A DNA stretch of 64,000 nt, from positions 47,995 through 111,994 of the forward strand of contig JAZQMY010000056.1 in the NCBI GenBank assembly GCA_045627045.1, in the 5' to 3' direction. Both the position numbers and the translations under genes were made by a program. Positions within the stretch are counted from its first letter, which is position 1. Each line of letters begins with the position of its first letter. Below are positions 7,209 to 16,098 of the stretch, in pieces. Under the pieces are notes generated by a model. The model saw only the letters and a list, made by a program, of their open reading frames with translations. It was not told where the DNA came from and did no database searches. The stretch is from Clostridia bacterium (GTDB lineage Bacteria > Bacillota > Clostridia > HGM11327).

Positions 7209-9206
7209 ATGGGTATCAGAGTTAATAATAACGGTTTTGAATATGCCGAAAAAGAACTATTGAAGTTTATATCATGCTATGAAGTACCTGAGCATTTTGA
7301 TAATAAGACGGTCACTCTTTCAGTTGAAGATACAACAGAGGATTTTTGCTTCGGTGTTAGACCGGGCGATAACGGAATCATAATTTACGGCGGAAGCAGG
7401 TCAGCAGTGCTTTGCGGCGTGTACAAAGCGCTCGAAGCAGGCGGAATCAGATTCGGTCTCGGGGAACAGGTGAGACCGGAGACGTTTGACTTCGAAGCAT
7501 TCTTCGGACTGAATGTTTTTGTGCATCCGAAGGTAAGAAACAGAGGAATCAGACAGCATATCAATTTTACTATGGACATCTCTTCCTATGCGCTTGCCGA
7601 AGCTGAAGAATACATAAGGGATCTTGCGAGACTCAAGTTCAATGCGATAACCTTTCACAGTTATAACACGATGTGGACAAATTGCGAAGAGAACGGATAT
7701 ATAGGCAGATTTTTCTATAATATAGAGAACACTGTTCCGAAGGTCGACCTTGCAAATCCTGTAAACAATAAAAAATACTATTGCATTCCCGAAATTGAGG
7801 ATGTTTTTGAAGACGATGCAAAGAGAAGCGAAGCGGCACATAATTGGCTTTCAGAGGTAATGAAAACCGCAAAGGAATGCATGATGAAGGTAACGCTTTC
7901 GGTTGAAATTCCTTTTACTTCGGATGGTTCGGATAAGGAAAAGTACGTTTCATTTCTCAGAAGAACGTGCAGTGATTATCCTATGATAGATGTACTTGAG
8001 CTAATCAGCCATGAAACCGGCGGTAGCTGCGGGGATCGCTTCGATGAAAAAGAGGGTACAAAATGGGCTGTTGATCTTCTTTCGGATAAGATCCTTTCCG
8101 ACAACGGAAAGCCTGAATATATAGGCGAGAAGTATTCGAATGACCTTTGCGATGAGCTTGATCACCTGAAGAGACATCTTATTGCATACTCTCTTAAAGA
8201 TGAGTGGGCAAAGGGCCTTGAAAAGGTGCCTGAAATCAGAATGGGCTTTTATTCAGTGATAGGCGACACGAACAAAATCCTGAGACCTATTCACAATAAG
8301 GTAGTTCCGGAGGGCGTAAAGAAATGCTGGCTTCCTGCACACTCCTCAATGTATGTTGCCGATGCGCTGAAATCAGCAGGCTTCAATGACAAGGACTTTG
8401 CCGATACAATGATTTATTCGTGGGCAGAGTTTGACGGAAGCATGTATGTGACTCAGGTCGAGACAAAGGGAATAGAAAAGCTTATCAGCCTGTCCAAAAC
8501 GAGGGATATGTACGGAATTTGTCTCAATCATTGGAGAAACGCAGAGAACAGACTCACTATTGAGTATGCATCAGAAGCATTTATCCGTCCTGTGAGCGAG
8601 GTTAAGTATTTCTTTGAATTTGCAGAGAAGTACGGCATCAGAAGGAAGGCTGAATTTGCTTCGGCAATGAACAGACTTTCTATTCTCGATCTTTTCACAA
8701 GGGATGAGCTCTTCAATGTAGGCTTCTGCCATCTCGGATGCTGGACACCGTGGCAGGGAGTATCCTACGCAACAAGATTCGATGAAAAGAAGCTTGTATG
8801 GGCAGGAAATGAGTTCAAGGAGCTTTCGGAAAGCTTCGGAAAGCTTGTAAACGACGATAACCTTAAGTCAGGCAATAATTTCCTTACATTGATGGAGAAC
8901 AGATGCAAGACAAGCTTCATTCATATTCAGTGCTTCCGTTCGCTCTATCCTGTAAAGGATATGAAGCCGACGGATGATCCCGAAGAAAGGGAAATTATTA
9001 AGAATGCTTTTGCAAAAGCAAGACAATATGCCCTTGAATATCTTTATACATATTCAGAACTTATGCCGGACAGAGGAGCAGAGGGACTTGTAACAAGTTA
9101 TAATCAGGTAGTTTTGAATTACCTTGATATAAAAGAAGAATATTATTTAGGAAAAGAGACAGAAAATCAGAAATCAGAAGATGAGGAACCACCGCTTCCG
9201 GTATGA
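7209..9206 (+). CDS. Hypothetical cytoplasmic protein, 665 aa (start at the ATG after GGAGGG; ORF-track start 7167 is likely too early)
   Basis: Long ORF with RBS GGAGGG at 7199-7204. No signal peptide and no motif I can assign. Confidence 0.5.
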   Translation: MGIRVNNNGFEYAEKELLKFISCYEVPEHFDNKTVTLSVEDTTEDFCFGVRPGDNGIIIYGGSRSAVLCGVYKALEAGGIRFGLGEQVRPETFDFEAFFGLNVFVHPKVRNRGIRQHINFTMDISSYALAEAEEYIRDLARLKFNAITFHSYNTMWTNCEENGYIGRFFYNIENTVPKVDLANPVNNKKYYCIPEIEDVFEDDAKRSEAAHNWLSEVMKTAKECMMKVTLSVEIPFTSDGSDKEKYVSFLRRTCSDYPMIDVLELISHETGGSCGDRFDEKEGTKWAVDLLSDKILSDNGKPEYIGEKYSNDLCDELDHLKRHLIAYSLKDEWAKGLEKVPEIRMGFYSVIGDTNKILRPIHNKVVPEGVKKCWLPAHSSMYVADALKSAGFNDKDFADTMIYSWAEFDGSMYVTQVETKGIEKLISLSKTRDMYGICLNHWRNAENRLTIEYASEAFIRPVSEVKYFFEFAEKYGIRRKAEFASAMNRLSILDLFTRDELFNVGFCHLGCWTPWQGVSYATRFDEKKLVWAGNEFKELSESFGKLVNDDNLKSGNNFLTLMENRCKTSFIHIQCFRSLYPVKDMKPTDDPEEREIIKNAFAKARQYALEYLYTYSELMPDRGAEGLVTSYNQVVLNYLDIKEEYYLGKETENQKSEDEEPPLPV

Positions 9207-9228
9207 TTTTCAAAAATGGTGATAGAAA

Positions 9229-10482
9229 ATGAATCAGATGACAAGAAAAAACAAGATTTTGATCTGCCTTGCGGGATGCATTGTATATTTTACGAGTTAT
9301 CTCACACGCTACGGATTTAATGCTCTTTTAAACCAGATTATTACATCAGGGACATTACCGAAAACGATAACGGCAGGCATTTCAACCGGTGCTTTTATCA
9401 CATACGGTCTTGGTCAGATAGTAATGGGAATGATCTCAGACAGATTTGATCCCAAGAAAATGATTGTTCTCGGACTTTCCGGAACAGCAATCTGTAATCT
9501 CGGAATGTTCTTTATCCAAAAGCCGATTGTGCTTGCGGTAATATGGTGTGTCAACGGATGCTTCCAGGCGATGCTTTGGCCTCCGCTTGTAAGAATAATG
9601 GCGGAGCTGTATGATTCTCACGGCTATAAGAAGTCAATTGAATACATATCTTATGCAAGTGCTTTAGGCAAAATGTCCGTTTATGTTCTTGCTGCATTCT
9701 TTATTTTTATTGGTCTTTGGAGATCCACTTTTATCTTCACCGCGGGAGTGGCAATAATAGCAGCCATTATCTGGATAAGGCTTATGAATACTGTGCCTGA
9801 AGCAAGGGCATGTGGAAAATCAGATATTGCATCAGATAATGAGGACAAAAAGGAAAACGATAAACATGAAAGCAAAAAAGCGCAGCCTTTCCCCAAAAAG
9901 CTTCTTATTATGTTTGTGATCCCGGTAGGTGCGGCTATTATAGTGCAGGGAATGCTGAGAGAAGGTATTTCAACGTGGATGCCGAGCTATATGACAGAGG
10001 TTCTCGGACTTGAACCGTCGCAATCTGCGATAGTATCAATAATCCTTCCTGTTTTTTCACTCCTTGGAATAAAACTTTCTGCTATTCTGATAAAAAAGAT
10101 GACGGAGTTGAGAGCGGCATGGATAATGTTCGGAATCACGACTATTCTTTGCGGCACAATGGTTTTTGCAACCGGAAGAAGCACGATAGCTATGGCAGCA
10201 CTTATGGCTTGCTCTGCAGGTTGTGTTGATTGTATCAATACTCTCCTTATTAACTATCTACCGAGCAGATTCGTCAAGCTGGGCAGAGCTGCAGGTACTG
10301 CAGGTCTTTTCAATGCATTCACATATGTCGGAAGTGCAGCATCTATTTACGGGGTTGCAGTTGTTTCGGATGCTTTCGGCTGGACCACGACCCTGATTGT
10401 ATGGAGTGTGGCATCCATTATTGGTATGGCAGTAACATTTGTACTTAATGCAACAAAGACAGATGTAAAATTTTTTGATTAA
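9229..10482 (+). CDS. MFS transporter, probably organophosphate:phosphate antiporter family (GlpT/UhpT-like)
   Basis: About 12 predicted TM segments. MFS signature 'GMISDRFDPKK'. 'NGCFQAMLWPPLVRIMAELY' resembles the GlpT 'GWFQGMGWPPCGRTMVHWW' region. Central cytoplasmic loop is rich in K/E/D. Confidence 0.6.
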   Translation: MNQMTRKNKILICLAGCIVYFTSYLTRYGFNALLNQIITSGTLPKTITAGISTGAFITYGLGQIVMGMISDRFDPKKMIVLGLSGTAICNLGMFFIQKPIVLAVIWCVNGCFQAMLWPPLVRIMAELYDSHGYKKSIEYISYASALGKMSVYVLAAFFIFIGLWRSTFIFTAGVAIIAAIIWIRLMNTVPEARACGKSDIASDNEDKKENDKHESKKAQPFPKKLLIMFVIPVGAAIIVQGMLREGISTWMPSYMTEVLGLEPSQSAIVSIILPVFSLLGIKLSAILIKKMTELRAAWIMFGITTILCGTMVFATGRSTIAMAALMACSAGCVDCINTLLINYLPSRFVKLGRAAGTAGLFNAFTYVGSAASIYGVAVVSDAFGWTTTLIVWSVASIIGMAVTFVLNATKTDVKFFD

Positions 10483-10498
10483 TAAAAAATATCCGCGA

Positions 10499-10527
10499 TT
10501 GACATATAATGTGAATTGGAATATAAT
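10499..10527 (+). promoter_or_regulatory. Sigma-A-type promoter upstream of the phosphatase-like gene pair
   Basis: TTGACA, 17 nt spacer, TATAAT. Confidence 0.5.
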
Positions 10528-10580
10528 TATTAATAGGCAAAGCCTTGAACATTTTTTGAACTTTTGAAAGGTATAATTTT

Positions 10581-11396
10581 ATGGAAAGAAAATATAAGAG
10601 AGTAATATTGCTCGGTGTTGACGGAGCAGGTATTTTTTTCAGACAGGCAAGCACGCCGTTTATAGATAAGATAATGGAGAATGGATCTCAAACGTATGAT
10701 GGACTTACCGCTCTTCCGACAATAAGCGGTGAATGCTGGGGAGCGATGCTTCATGGTGTTGATCCGGAGGTACACAAACTCACAAATTCTATTGTTTCAT
10801 CACAGAAATATGACCAAAACTCACCGTATCCTTCATTCTTCAGAGTAATCAGAGAGAATTATCCTGATGCAGTGCTTGCTTCATTCAGCTGTTGGAGCCC
10901 GATTAATTTCGGAATAATTGAGGACAATCTAGGAGTATATATGGATTCTGCCGAAGATGGAGAACTTACTGAAAAGATTATTGATTACATCAATAAAAAT
11001 GACTTTGATACGATGTTTGTTCAGTTCGACAGCGTTGATGGCGCAGGACATAGATTCGGCTACGGAGACGAGAAGTATCTTGAACAGCTTTCGCTTGTTG
11101 ACAGCTACATAGGAAGGATTGCAGAGACCCTCAAAGCACGCGGTATGTATGAAGATTCACTCATCATAGTTACGGCAGACCATGGCGGTACTGTTTTCCA
11201 TGGCCATGGCGGCGATACTCCGGAGGAAAAGACAATCTATATCGGCGTATGCGGAAAGAACGTAAAGAAGGGCGTTATGGCAAACGGAGAACAGGTTTCG
11301 GTCAAGGCTATTCCGGCAATAGTTCTTTATGCTATGGGCCTTGAAGTTCCAAAGACGTGGACAGGAAAGGTTCCGGAAGGCATTTTTGAGGACTGA
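10581..11396 (+). CDS. Alkaline-phosphatase-superfamily metalloenzyme (nucleotide pyrophosphatase/phosphodiesterase or phosphomutase-like core), 271 aa
   Basis: 'ILLGVDGAG', 'TALPTISGECWGAMLHG', 'FDSVDGAGHRFGY', 'TADHGGT..HGHGGD' are metal-ligand-like blocks of the AlkP superfamily. Paralog of the next gene. Confidence 0.55.
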   Translation: MERKYKRVILLGVDGAGIFFRQASTPFIDKIMENGSQTYDGLTALPTISGECWGAMLHGVDPEVHKLTNSIVSSQKYDQNSPYPSFFRVIRENYPDAVLASFSCWSPINFGIIEDNLGVYMDSAEDGELTEKIIDYINKNDFDTMFVQFDSVDGAGHRFGYGDEKYLEQLSLVDSYIGRIAETLKARGMYEDSLIIVTADHGGTVFHGHGGDTPEEKTIYIGVCGKNVKKGVMANGEQVSVKAIPAIVLYAMGLEVPKTWTGKVPEGIFED

Positions 11397-11399
11397 TGG

Positions 11400-12896
11400 A
11401 TGAACAGACTTTATAAAAGAATAGTATTGTTTGGTGTTGACGGTGCTGGTGCATTTTTCCGTGAGGCAGACACCCCGAATATTGACAGAATATTCAAAAA
11501 CGGTTCCCGTACATATGACGGGATAACTGCCCTTCCTTCGATAAGCGCTGAGTGCTGGGGATCAATGCTCCACGGAGTTGATCCTTCTGCTCACAAAATG
11601 ACAAACGGCTCAATACAAGTGAAACAGGCAATGAGCGATTCGCGCTATCCGTCTTTTTTCAGAGTGATAAGAGAGAATTATCCAGATGCGGTGCTTGCTT
11701 CATTTACCACATGGTCGGCGATAAACAGAGGAATAATCGAAAACGACATCGGCGTTATCAAAGTGAACGGAGACGAAAGAACAGTCACAGATAAAGCTGT
11801 TGAATTTGTCAGCAATAATGAGTTCGATCTTCTTTTCGTCATGTATGAGGAGGTCGATCTGAAGGGACATCATAATGGCTATGGCTCACAGAGACATCTT
11901 GAGGAGATAACTCAAAGCGACAGATATATCGGAGAGATATACGATGCTCTTGAAAAAAGAGGAATGGTTGAGGATACTCTCTTTATTGTATCGCCTGATC
12001 ATGGCGGCACGATTTACGGCAATCATGGCGGAGATACAAAGGAAGAGATGCAGATAATGATAGCAGTTGCCGGAAAAGGAGTAATCAATGGAACAATGGG
12101 CGGGGATGAGCCTGTTTATGTAAAATCCGTTGCGGCTATTATTTTATACGGTATGGGACTGGGTATTCCGGAGACGTGGACGGCGAATGTTCCGTTGAAT
12201 TTGTTTGAAAACTATAATGAACAGGAGCGAATAAGAGTGGAGGACAGACAGGAAGTCACACGGGATATACTCAATGACGGGCTTATCAGAACGCCTATCT
12301 GGTTTGAAGGCTCAATGCTCGAATATATGAATCATGATATAGTTCAGACAGTGGGTGAAATCACTTTTCATCCGGGAATACACAGAGAGTCTGCTGACTT
12401 ATCAAAAGGATATGTTCTTTTGAAAAGATACAAGGTTGGTATTGACAGCTTTGCGGTTGGAATAAGGATAAAGTACACTGAATTCAATCACGACGAAGTC
12501 CTTTTTTCAAATTCAAGAGCAAAAGATCCGAATTTTAATGGATTTAATGCTATTCTGACAAAAGGCGGAGTAACGTTCAGGATAGGAAACGGCAGATACG
12601 GTCAGAAATTTGACTTTGATTTTGAACACAAACCAAATGAATGGTTCAGTTTTATTGTTTCAATTGACAGAGATAATCAGAAGATCTCAGCTTTTTTTAA
12701 TTATGAGCTTATCACAGAGTATGCCATAAATGAAGAATTCCGTACTTCTACGCTTGATTCGCTTGATTTCGGAATAGGAATGGACGGTATGGAGGAGTAT
12801 CCTTACCATCTAGAAGCACTTCTTTCTGAACTTTATATATTCAGAATAGCGGTAAACGAAGCTGATATGATAAAAATCAAGGAACAGTACGATTGA
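11400..12896 (+). CDS. Alkaline-phosphatase-superfamily metalloenzyme paralog fused to a C-terminal LamG/concanavalin-like jelly-roll domain, 498 aa
   Basis: The first 270 aa are collinear with the preceding gene ('VLFGVDGAG', 'SPDHGGT', 'HGGDTKEE'). The C-terminal 220 aa ('WFSFIVSIDRDNQKISAFFNYELI') look LamG-like. Starts 3 nt after the upstream stop. Confidence 0.55.
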   Translation: MNRLYKRIVLFGVDGAGAFFREADTPNIDRIFKNGSRTYDGITALPSISAECWGSMLHGVDPSAHKMTNGSIQVKQAMSDSRYPSFFRVIRENYPDAVLASFTTWSAINRGIIENDIGVIKVNGDERTVTDKAVEFVSNNEFDLLFVMYEEVDLKGHHNGYGSQRHLEEITQSDRYIGEIYDALEKRGMVEDTLFIVSPDHGGTIYGNHGGDTKEEMQIMIAVAGKGVINGTMGGDEPVYVKSVAAIILYGMGLGIPETWTANVPLNLFENYNEQERIRVEDRQEVTRDILNDGLIRTPIWFEGSMLEYMNHDIVQTVGEITFHPGIHRESADLSKGYVLLKRYKVGIDSFAVGIRIKYTEFNHDEVLFSNSRAKDPNFNGFNAILTKGGVTFRIGNGRYGQKFDFDFEHKPNEWFSFIVSIDRDNQKISAFFNYELITEYAINEEFRTSTLDSLDFGIGMDGMEEYPYHLEALLSELYIFRIAVNEADMIKIKEQYD

Positions 12897-13465
12897 CGAT
12901 GATGAAGCAAATGAAAGATTATTTAAGAAAAAATATCGCGAATATACTCACGGCATCCAGATTTTTCATTGCAATGGCGTTGCTGATACTGTATTTTACA
13001 AATTCGGAGAATTGGTTCTGGAGATGTCTTGCATTATTTTTGCTTGGCTGCCTGACGGATATTTTTGACGGTATTGTTGCAAGAAAAACGGATTCTGTAA
13101 GCAATACCGGAAAGATACTCGATCCGTTCTGCGATAAGGCGATGATGCTGTGTATGCTTTTGGTGCTTGCACTTGGAGGATACGTTTATATGTGGGCATT
13201 TGTCCTTCTGGCGATAAAAGAGCTTCTTATGATAATCGGTTCATTATTCTTCCTCAATAAAAAGATCGTAGTGATGTCGAATTGGTATGGAAAGTCAGCA
13301 ACGATACTTTTGAGTTTTTCTGTTGTGCTTGCGGTAGCTGGATTAAGACCGTTCAGCGATTGGGCACTTGCAGTATCGCTTATGTGGACGTTTGCTACTA
13401 TGGTGCAGTATGCGACTTTGTATTATAAGCAGATAAAAGAAAACAAAAGAACTGAAAACAATTGA
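12893..13465 (+). CDS. CDP-alcohol phosphatidyltransferase family protein (PgsA-like), 190 aa
   Basis: Signature D-G-x2-A-R-x8-G-x3-D-x3-D is seen as 'DIFDGIVARKTDSVSNTGKILDPFCDKA'. Multi-TM protein. The ATGA start overlaps the upstream stop, indicating translational coupling. Confidence 0.75.
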   Translation: MTMMKQMKDYLRKNIANILTASRFFIAMALLILYFTNSENWFWRCLALFLLGCLTDIFDGIVARKTDSVSNTGKILDPFCDKAMMLCMLLVLALGGYVYMWAFVLLAIKELLMIIGSLFFLNKKIVVMSNWYGKSATILLSFSVVLAVAGLRPFSDWALAVSLMWTFATMVQYATLYYKQIKENKRTENN

Positions 13466-13494
13466 TTTTTCAGCAGATAATGACAGGAAAAGAC

Positions 13495-13523
13495 TTGCAA
13501 TTTTTGAACTTTAAGTGTAAAAT
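13495..13523 (+). promoter_or_regulatory. Sigma-A-type promoter for the isomerase/epimerase gene
   Basis: TTGCAA, 17 nt spacer, TAAAAT; then RBS AGGAGG. Confidence 0.45.
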
Positions 13524-13556
13524 ATATATAAGATTTATTCTTAGGAGGAATATAAT

Positions 13557-14525
13557 ATGAAATTAGGTGTAGTAGGTGCTCTGTTCAGCAACAGACCCCT
13601 CAAGGATGCTCTTGATTACCTCAAGACACTCGGTGTTCAGATGATAGAAATCGGTACGGGCGGCTTCCCGGGCGATGCACATTGCAAACCCGCAGAGCTT
13701 CTTGCCGATGAAAAGAAACTTGAAGAATTCAAGAAAACGATAGCTGATTCAGGCATTGAAATAAGCGCATTTGCTTGCCACGGCAACCCTGTTCACCCTG
13801 ACAAGGAAAAGGCTGCAGAATTCTGCACAGCTTTCAACAATACTGTTCTTCTCGCAGAGAAGATGGGAATCGACAGAATCATTACATTCTCAGGCTGCCC
13901 GGGCGGCTCAAAGGATGACAAGACTCCGAACTGGGTAACATGCCCTTGGCCGGATGATTTCCTTTCTATCCTTGATTATCAGTGGAATGAGGTTCTCGTT
14001 CCTTACTGGAAGGAAGCTGTAAAGTTCGCTGAAGCTCACGGCATCAAGAAGATCGCTCTTGAAATGCACCCCGGCTTCTGCGTTTACAACCCGGAGACAC
14101 TTCTCAAGCTCCGTAAGGCTGTAGGAAGCGATATAATCGGCGCAAACTTTGACCCGAGCCATTTGTTCTGGCAGGGAATTGAGCCTGTTGCAGCTATCAG
14201 AGAGCTCGGCGATGCTATCCATTACGTTCATGCAAAGGATACAAGAATTGATGCTATCAACACAGCTAAGTACGGCGTTCTTGATACAAAGCATTATACA
14301 GACGAAATCCATCGTTCATGGATATTCCGTTCAGTAGGCTATGGCCACGATATGCAGGTTTGGAGAGATATCGTAAGCAACCTCAAGCTTGTAGGCTATG
14401 ATGACGTTCTCAGCATTGAGCATGAGGACAGCCTTATGTCGCCGACTGAGGGCTTTGAAAAGGCAGTTAAGTTCCTTAAGGATGCCATCATTTCAGAGTC
14501 AGCAGGCGAGATCTGGTGGGCTTGA
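13557..14525 (+). CDS. Sugar phosphate isomerase/epimerase (xylose-isomerase-like TIM barrel) family protein
   Basis: 322 aa. 'MIEIGTGGFPGDAHC', 'ALEMHPGF', 'HAKD' and 'SIEHED' are typical of the AP-endonuclease-2/xylose-isomerase-like TIM barrel fold. Confidence 0.65.
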   Translation: MKLGVVGALFSNRPLKDALDYLKTLGVQMIEIGTGGFPGDAHCKPAELLADEKKLEEFKKTIADSGIEISAFACHGNPVHPDKEKAAEFCTAFNNTVLLAEKMGIDRIITFSGCPGGSKDDKTPNWVTCPWPDDFLSILDYQWNEVLVPYWKEAVKFAEAHGIKKIALEMHPGFCVYNPETLLKLRKAVGSDIIGANFDPSHLFWQGIEPVAAIRELGDAIHYVHAKDTRIDAINTAKYGVLDTKHYTDEIHRSWIFRSVGYGHDMQVWRDIVSNLKLVGYDDVLSIEHEDSLMSPTEGFEKAVKFLKDAIISESAGEIWWA

Positions 14526-14538
14526 TAAAAAACATTCT

Positions 14539-14570
14539 GACCGTATCGGATTATTCCGGTACGGTTTTTT
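14539..14570 (+). terminator. Intrinsic terminator
   Basis: CCGTATCGG-attatt-CCGGTACGG stem followed by TTTTTT. Confidence 0.6.
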
Positions 14571-14587
14571 ATTATGCAATATTTTAC

Positions 14588-14640
14588 TTGACAAATCGGG
14601 AATTTTGGTGTAAAATGTTTTTAGTTAGGTATCTAACTAA
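14588..14640 (+). promoter_or_regulatory. marR promoter (TTGACA-17-TAAAAT) with an adjacent perfect palindrome TTAGTTAG-GTAT-CTAACTAA, a putative MarR operator
   Basis: -35 at 14588-14593, -10 at 14611-14616. The 20-bp inverted repeat at 14621-14640 lies between the -10 element and the marR RBS. Confidence 0.55.
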
Positions 14641-14670
14641 AAATAAAGGATCAAAAGGATCTTTCTGATT

Positions 14671-15141
14671 ATGGATAAGAACAATAAGCTTCCGGCAGAG
14701 GAAACAAGGCCTTGCCCGGAAGAAATGCCTACAATGATGCTTCTGAATGACGTATCGAAGCTTTTTCACGATAAATTAAGGGGATATAACGAGAGTGTCG
14801 GCGTGCCTGACGGTTTCAGACGTATTCTATTTGAACTTCGCAGAGGCGACGGCAAAACACAGCTTGAAATATCGAGAATGACTCATCTCAAGGCACCGAC
14901 TGTCAGCGTGGCACTTCAGAAAATGGAGCTAGCAGGGTTGGTTGAGAGAAAAACGGATGAAGAGGATATGCGTCAGAGCAGAGTGTTCATAACGGATAAG
15001 GGCAGAGAGATTATGGGCATTGTTCATTCCAATCTGAAAAAGGCGGAGAAAATCACTCTGGAGCCTATTACGCCGGAGGAAGAGGAGCAGCTGAAAACAA
15101 TATTGCTCAAGATGAGAAAGCCGCTGATAGAGGAAGAATAA
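14671..15141 (+). CDS. MarR-family transcriptional regulator
   Basis: Winged-helix region 'TQLEISRMTHLKAPTVSVALQKMELAGLVERKTDEEDMRQSRVFITDKGRE'. Confidence 0.8.
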   Translation: MDKNNKLPAEETRPCPEEMPTMMLLNDVSKLFHDKLRGYNESVGVPDGFRRILFELRRGDGKTQLEISRMTHLKAPTVSVALQKMELAGLVERKTDEEDMRQSRVFITDKGREIMGIVHSNLKKAEKITLEPITPEEEEQLKTILLKMRKPLIEEE

Positions 15142-15346
15142 AAAGCTATTGAGGCATTGCTTTTGCAAATAAAGCAGGTTTGATCAAATAATATACTGAA
15201 TCGGATATAACTTGGGGCGAAAAATAGTTTTTTGCCTCTTTTTTATTAAATAATTATTGAAAAAATACAGGATGTGTGTTATACTATACATTATAGTGAA
15301 AAATAGTGAAAAAGTTCAGATGCCTTTGAGGCAGAAAGGATAAAAG

Positions 15347-16078
15347 ATGTACGAGTACCTCATATATTTTATTCAGAACGGATTTGCGGTGTTCCTCTTT
15401 ACCGTTCCGGCATTCGTATTATCGCTTCTTGCAGGAGAATATGTAAGAGCGATGGTGATCAAAAATTATCTGGGATATGAGATACCGAGAAATCCGAAAG
15501 AATACCTTTCTGTTTCCGGAACGATAGTCGGCTGTATTTTCGGCTACGGCTGGGCAAAGAAAAGAGAGTACAACGATTCATCCCTTTCAAAAGGCAAGAG
15601 GCTGGTAATTGCGTTGTCCGGCTTTATTGGCAATATCTGCTTTACGGTCATTCTTTTACTTATCCAGGCTTTTATCATGACTGTTGCTCTGTGGATGGGA
15701 TTGAAGCTTACAGGTGCTCTTGACTGGACGCTTTTCGCATTCAATATTTTCATCTGGAGCTCAACGGCGCTTGCTTTCACAAGATTGCTCATAATTCCGG
15801 GCTTTGACGGATATGATGTTGTCAAGATACTGTTCTTTGACAGAAAAAACGGCAAAAAGCTCAGGGCATTCGAGAATTCGGGCAAATGGATATTTTTTAT
15901 TCTTGCTCTTTTCTCATTCCTGCTCTATGCCATAGCACTCGCCAACCTCAGCATCCTGTTGTATGTCGTTGAATCACCGACTTCAGCGCTTCTGACGGTT
16001 CTCGGGAAGCTTCAGACGGCATTTGTAAATATACTGACGAATTACGGGCTTAATAATTCCGGCTGGCTTATCGGCTGA
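15347..16078 (+). CDS. Polytopic membrane protein; possibly a degenerate site-2-protease (M50)-like protein lacking the HExxH histidines
   Basis: 6-7 TM segments. 'LLIIPGFDGYDVVKILF' resembles the M50 'NLLPxxPLDGG' motif. The expected HExxH position reads 'GEYVRA'. Confidence 0.3.
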   Translation: MYEYLIYFIQNGFAVFLFTVPAFVLSLLAGEYVRAMVIKNYLGYEIPRNPKEYLSVSGTIVGCIFGYGWAKKREYNDSSLSKGKRLVIALSGFIGNICFTVILLLIQAFIMTVALWMGLKLTGALDWTLFAFNIFIWSSTALAFTRLLIIPGFDGYDVVKILFFDRKNGKKLRAFENSGKWIFFILALFSFLLYAIALANLSILLYVVESPTSALLTVLGKLQTAFVNILTNYGLNNSGWLIG

Positions 16079-16098
16079 AGTAAAGTAATATAAATAGA

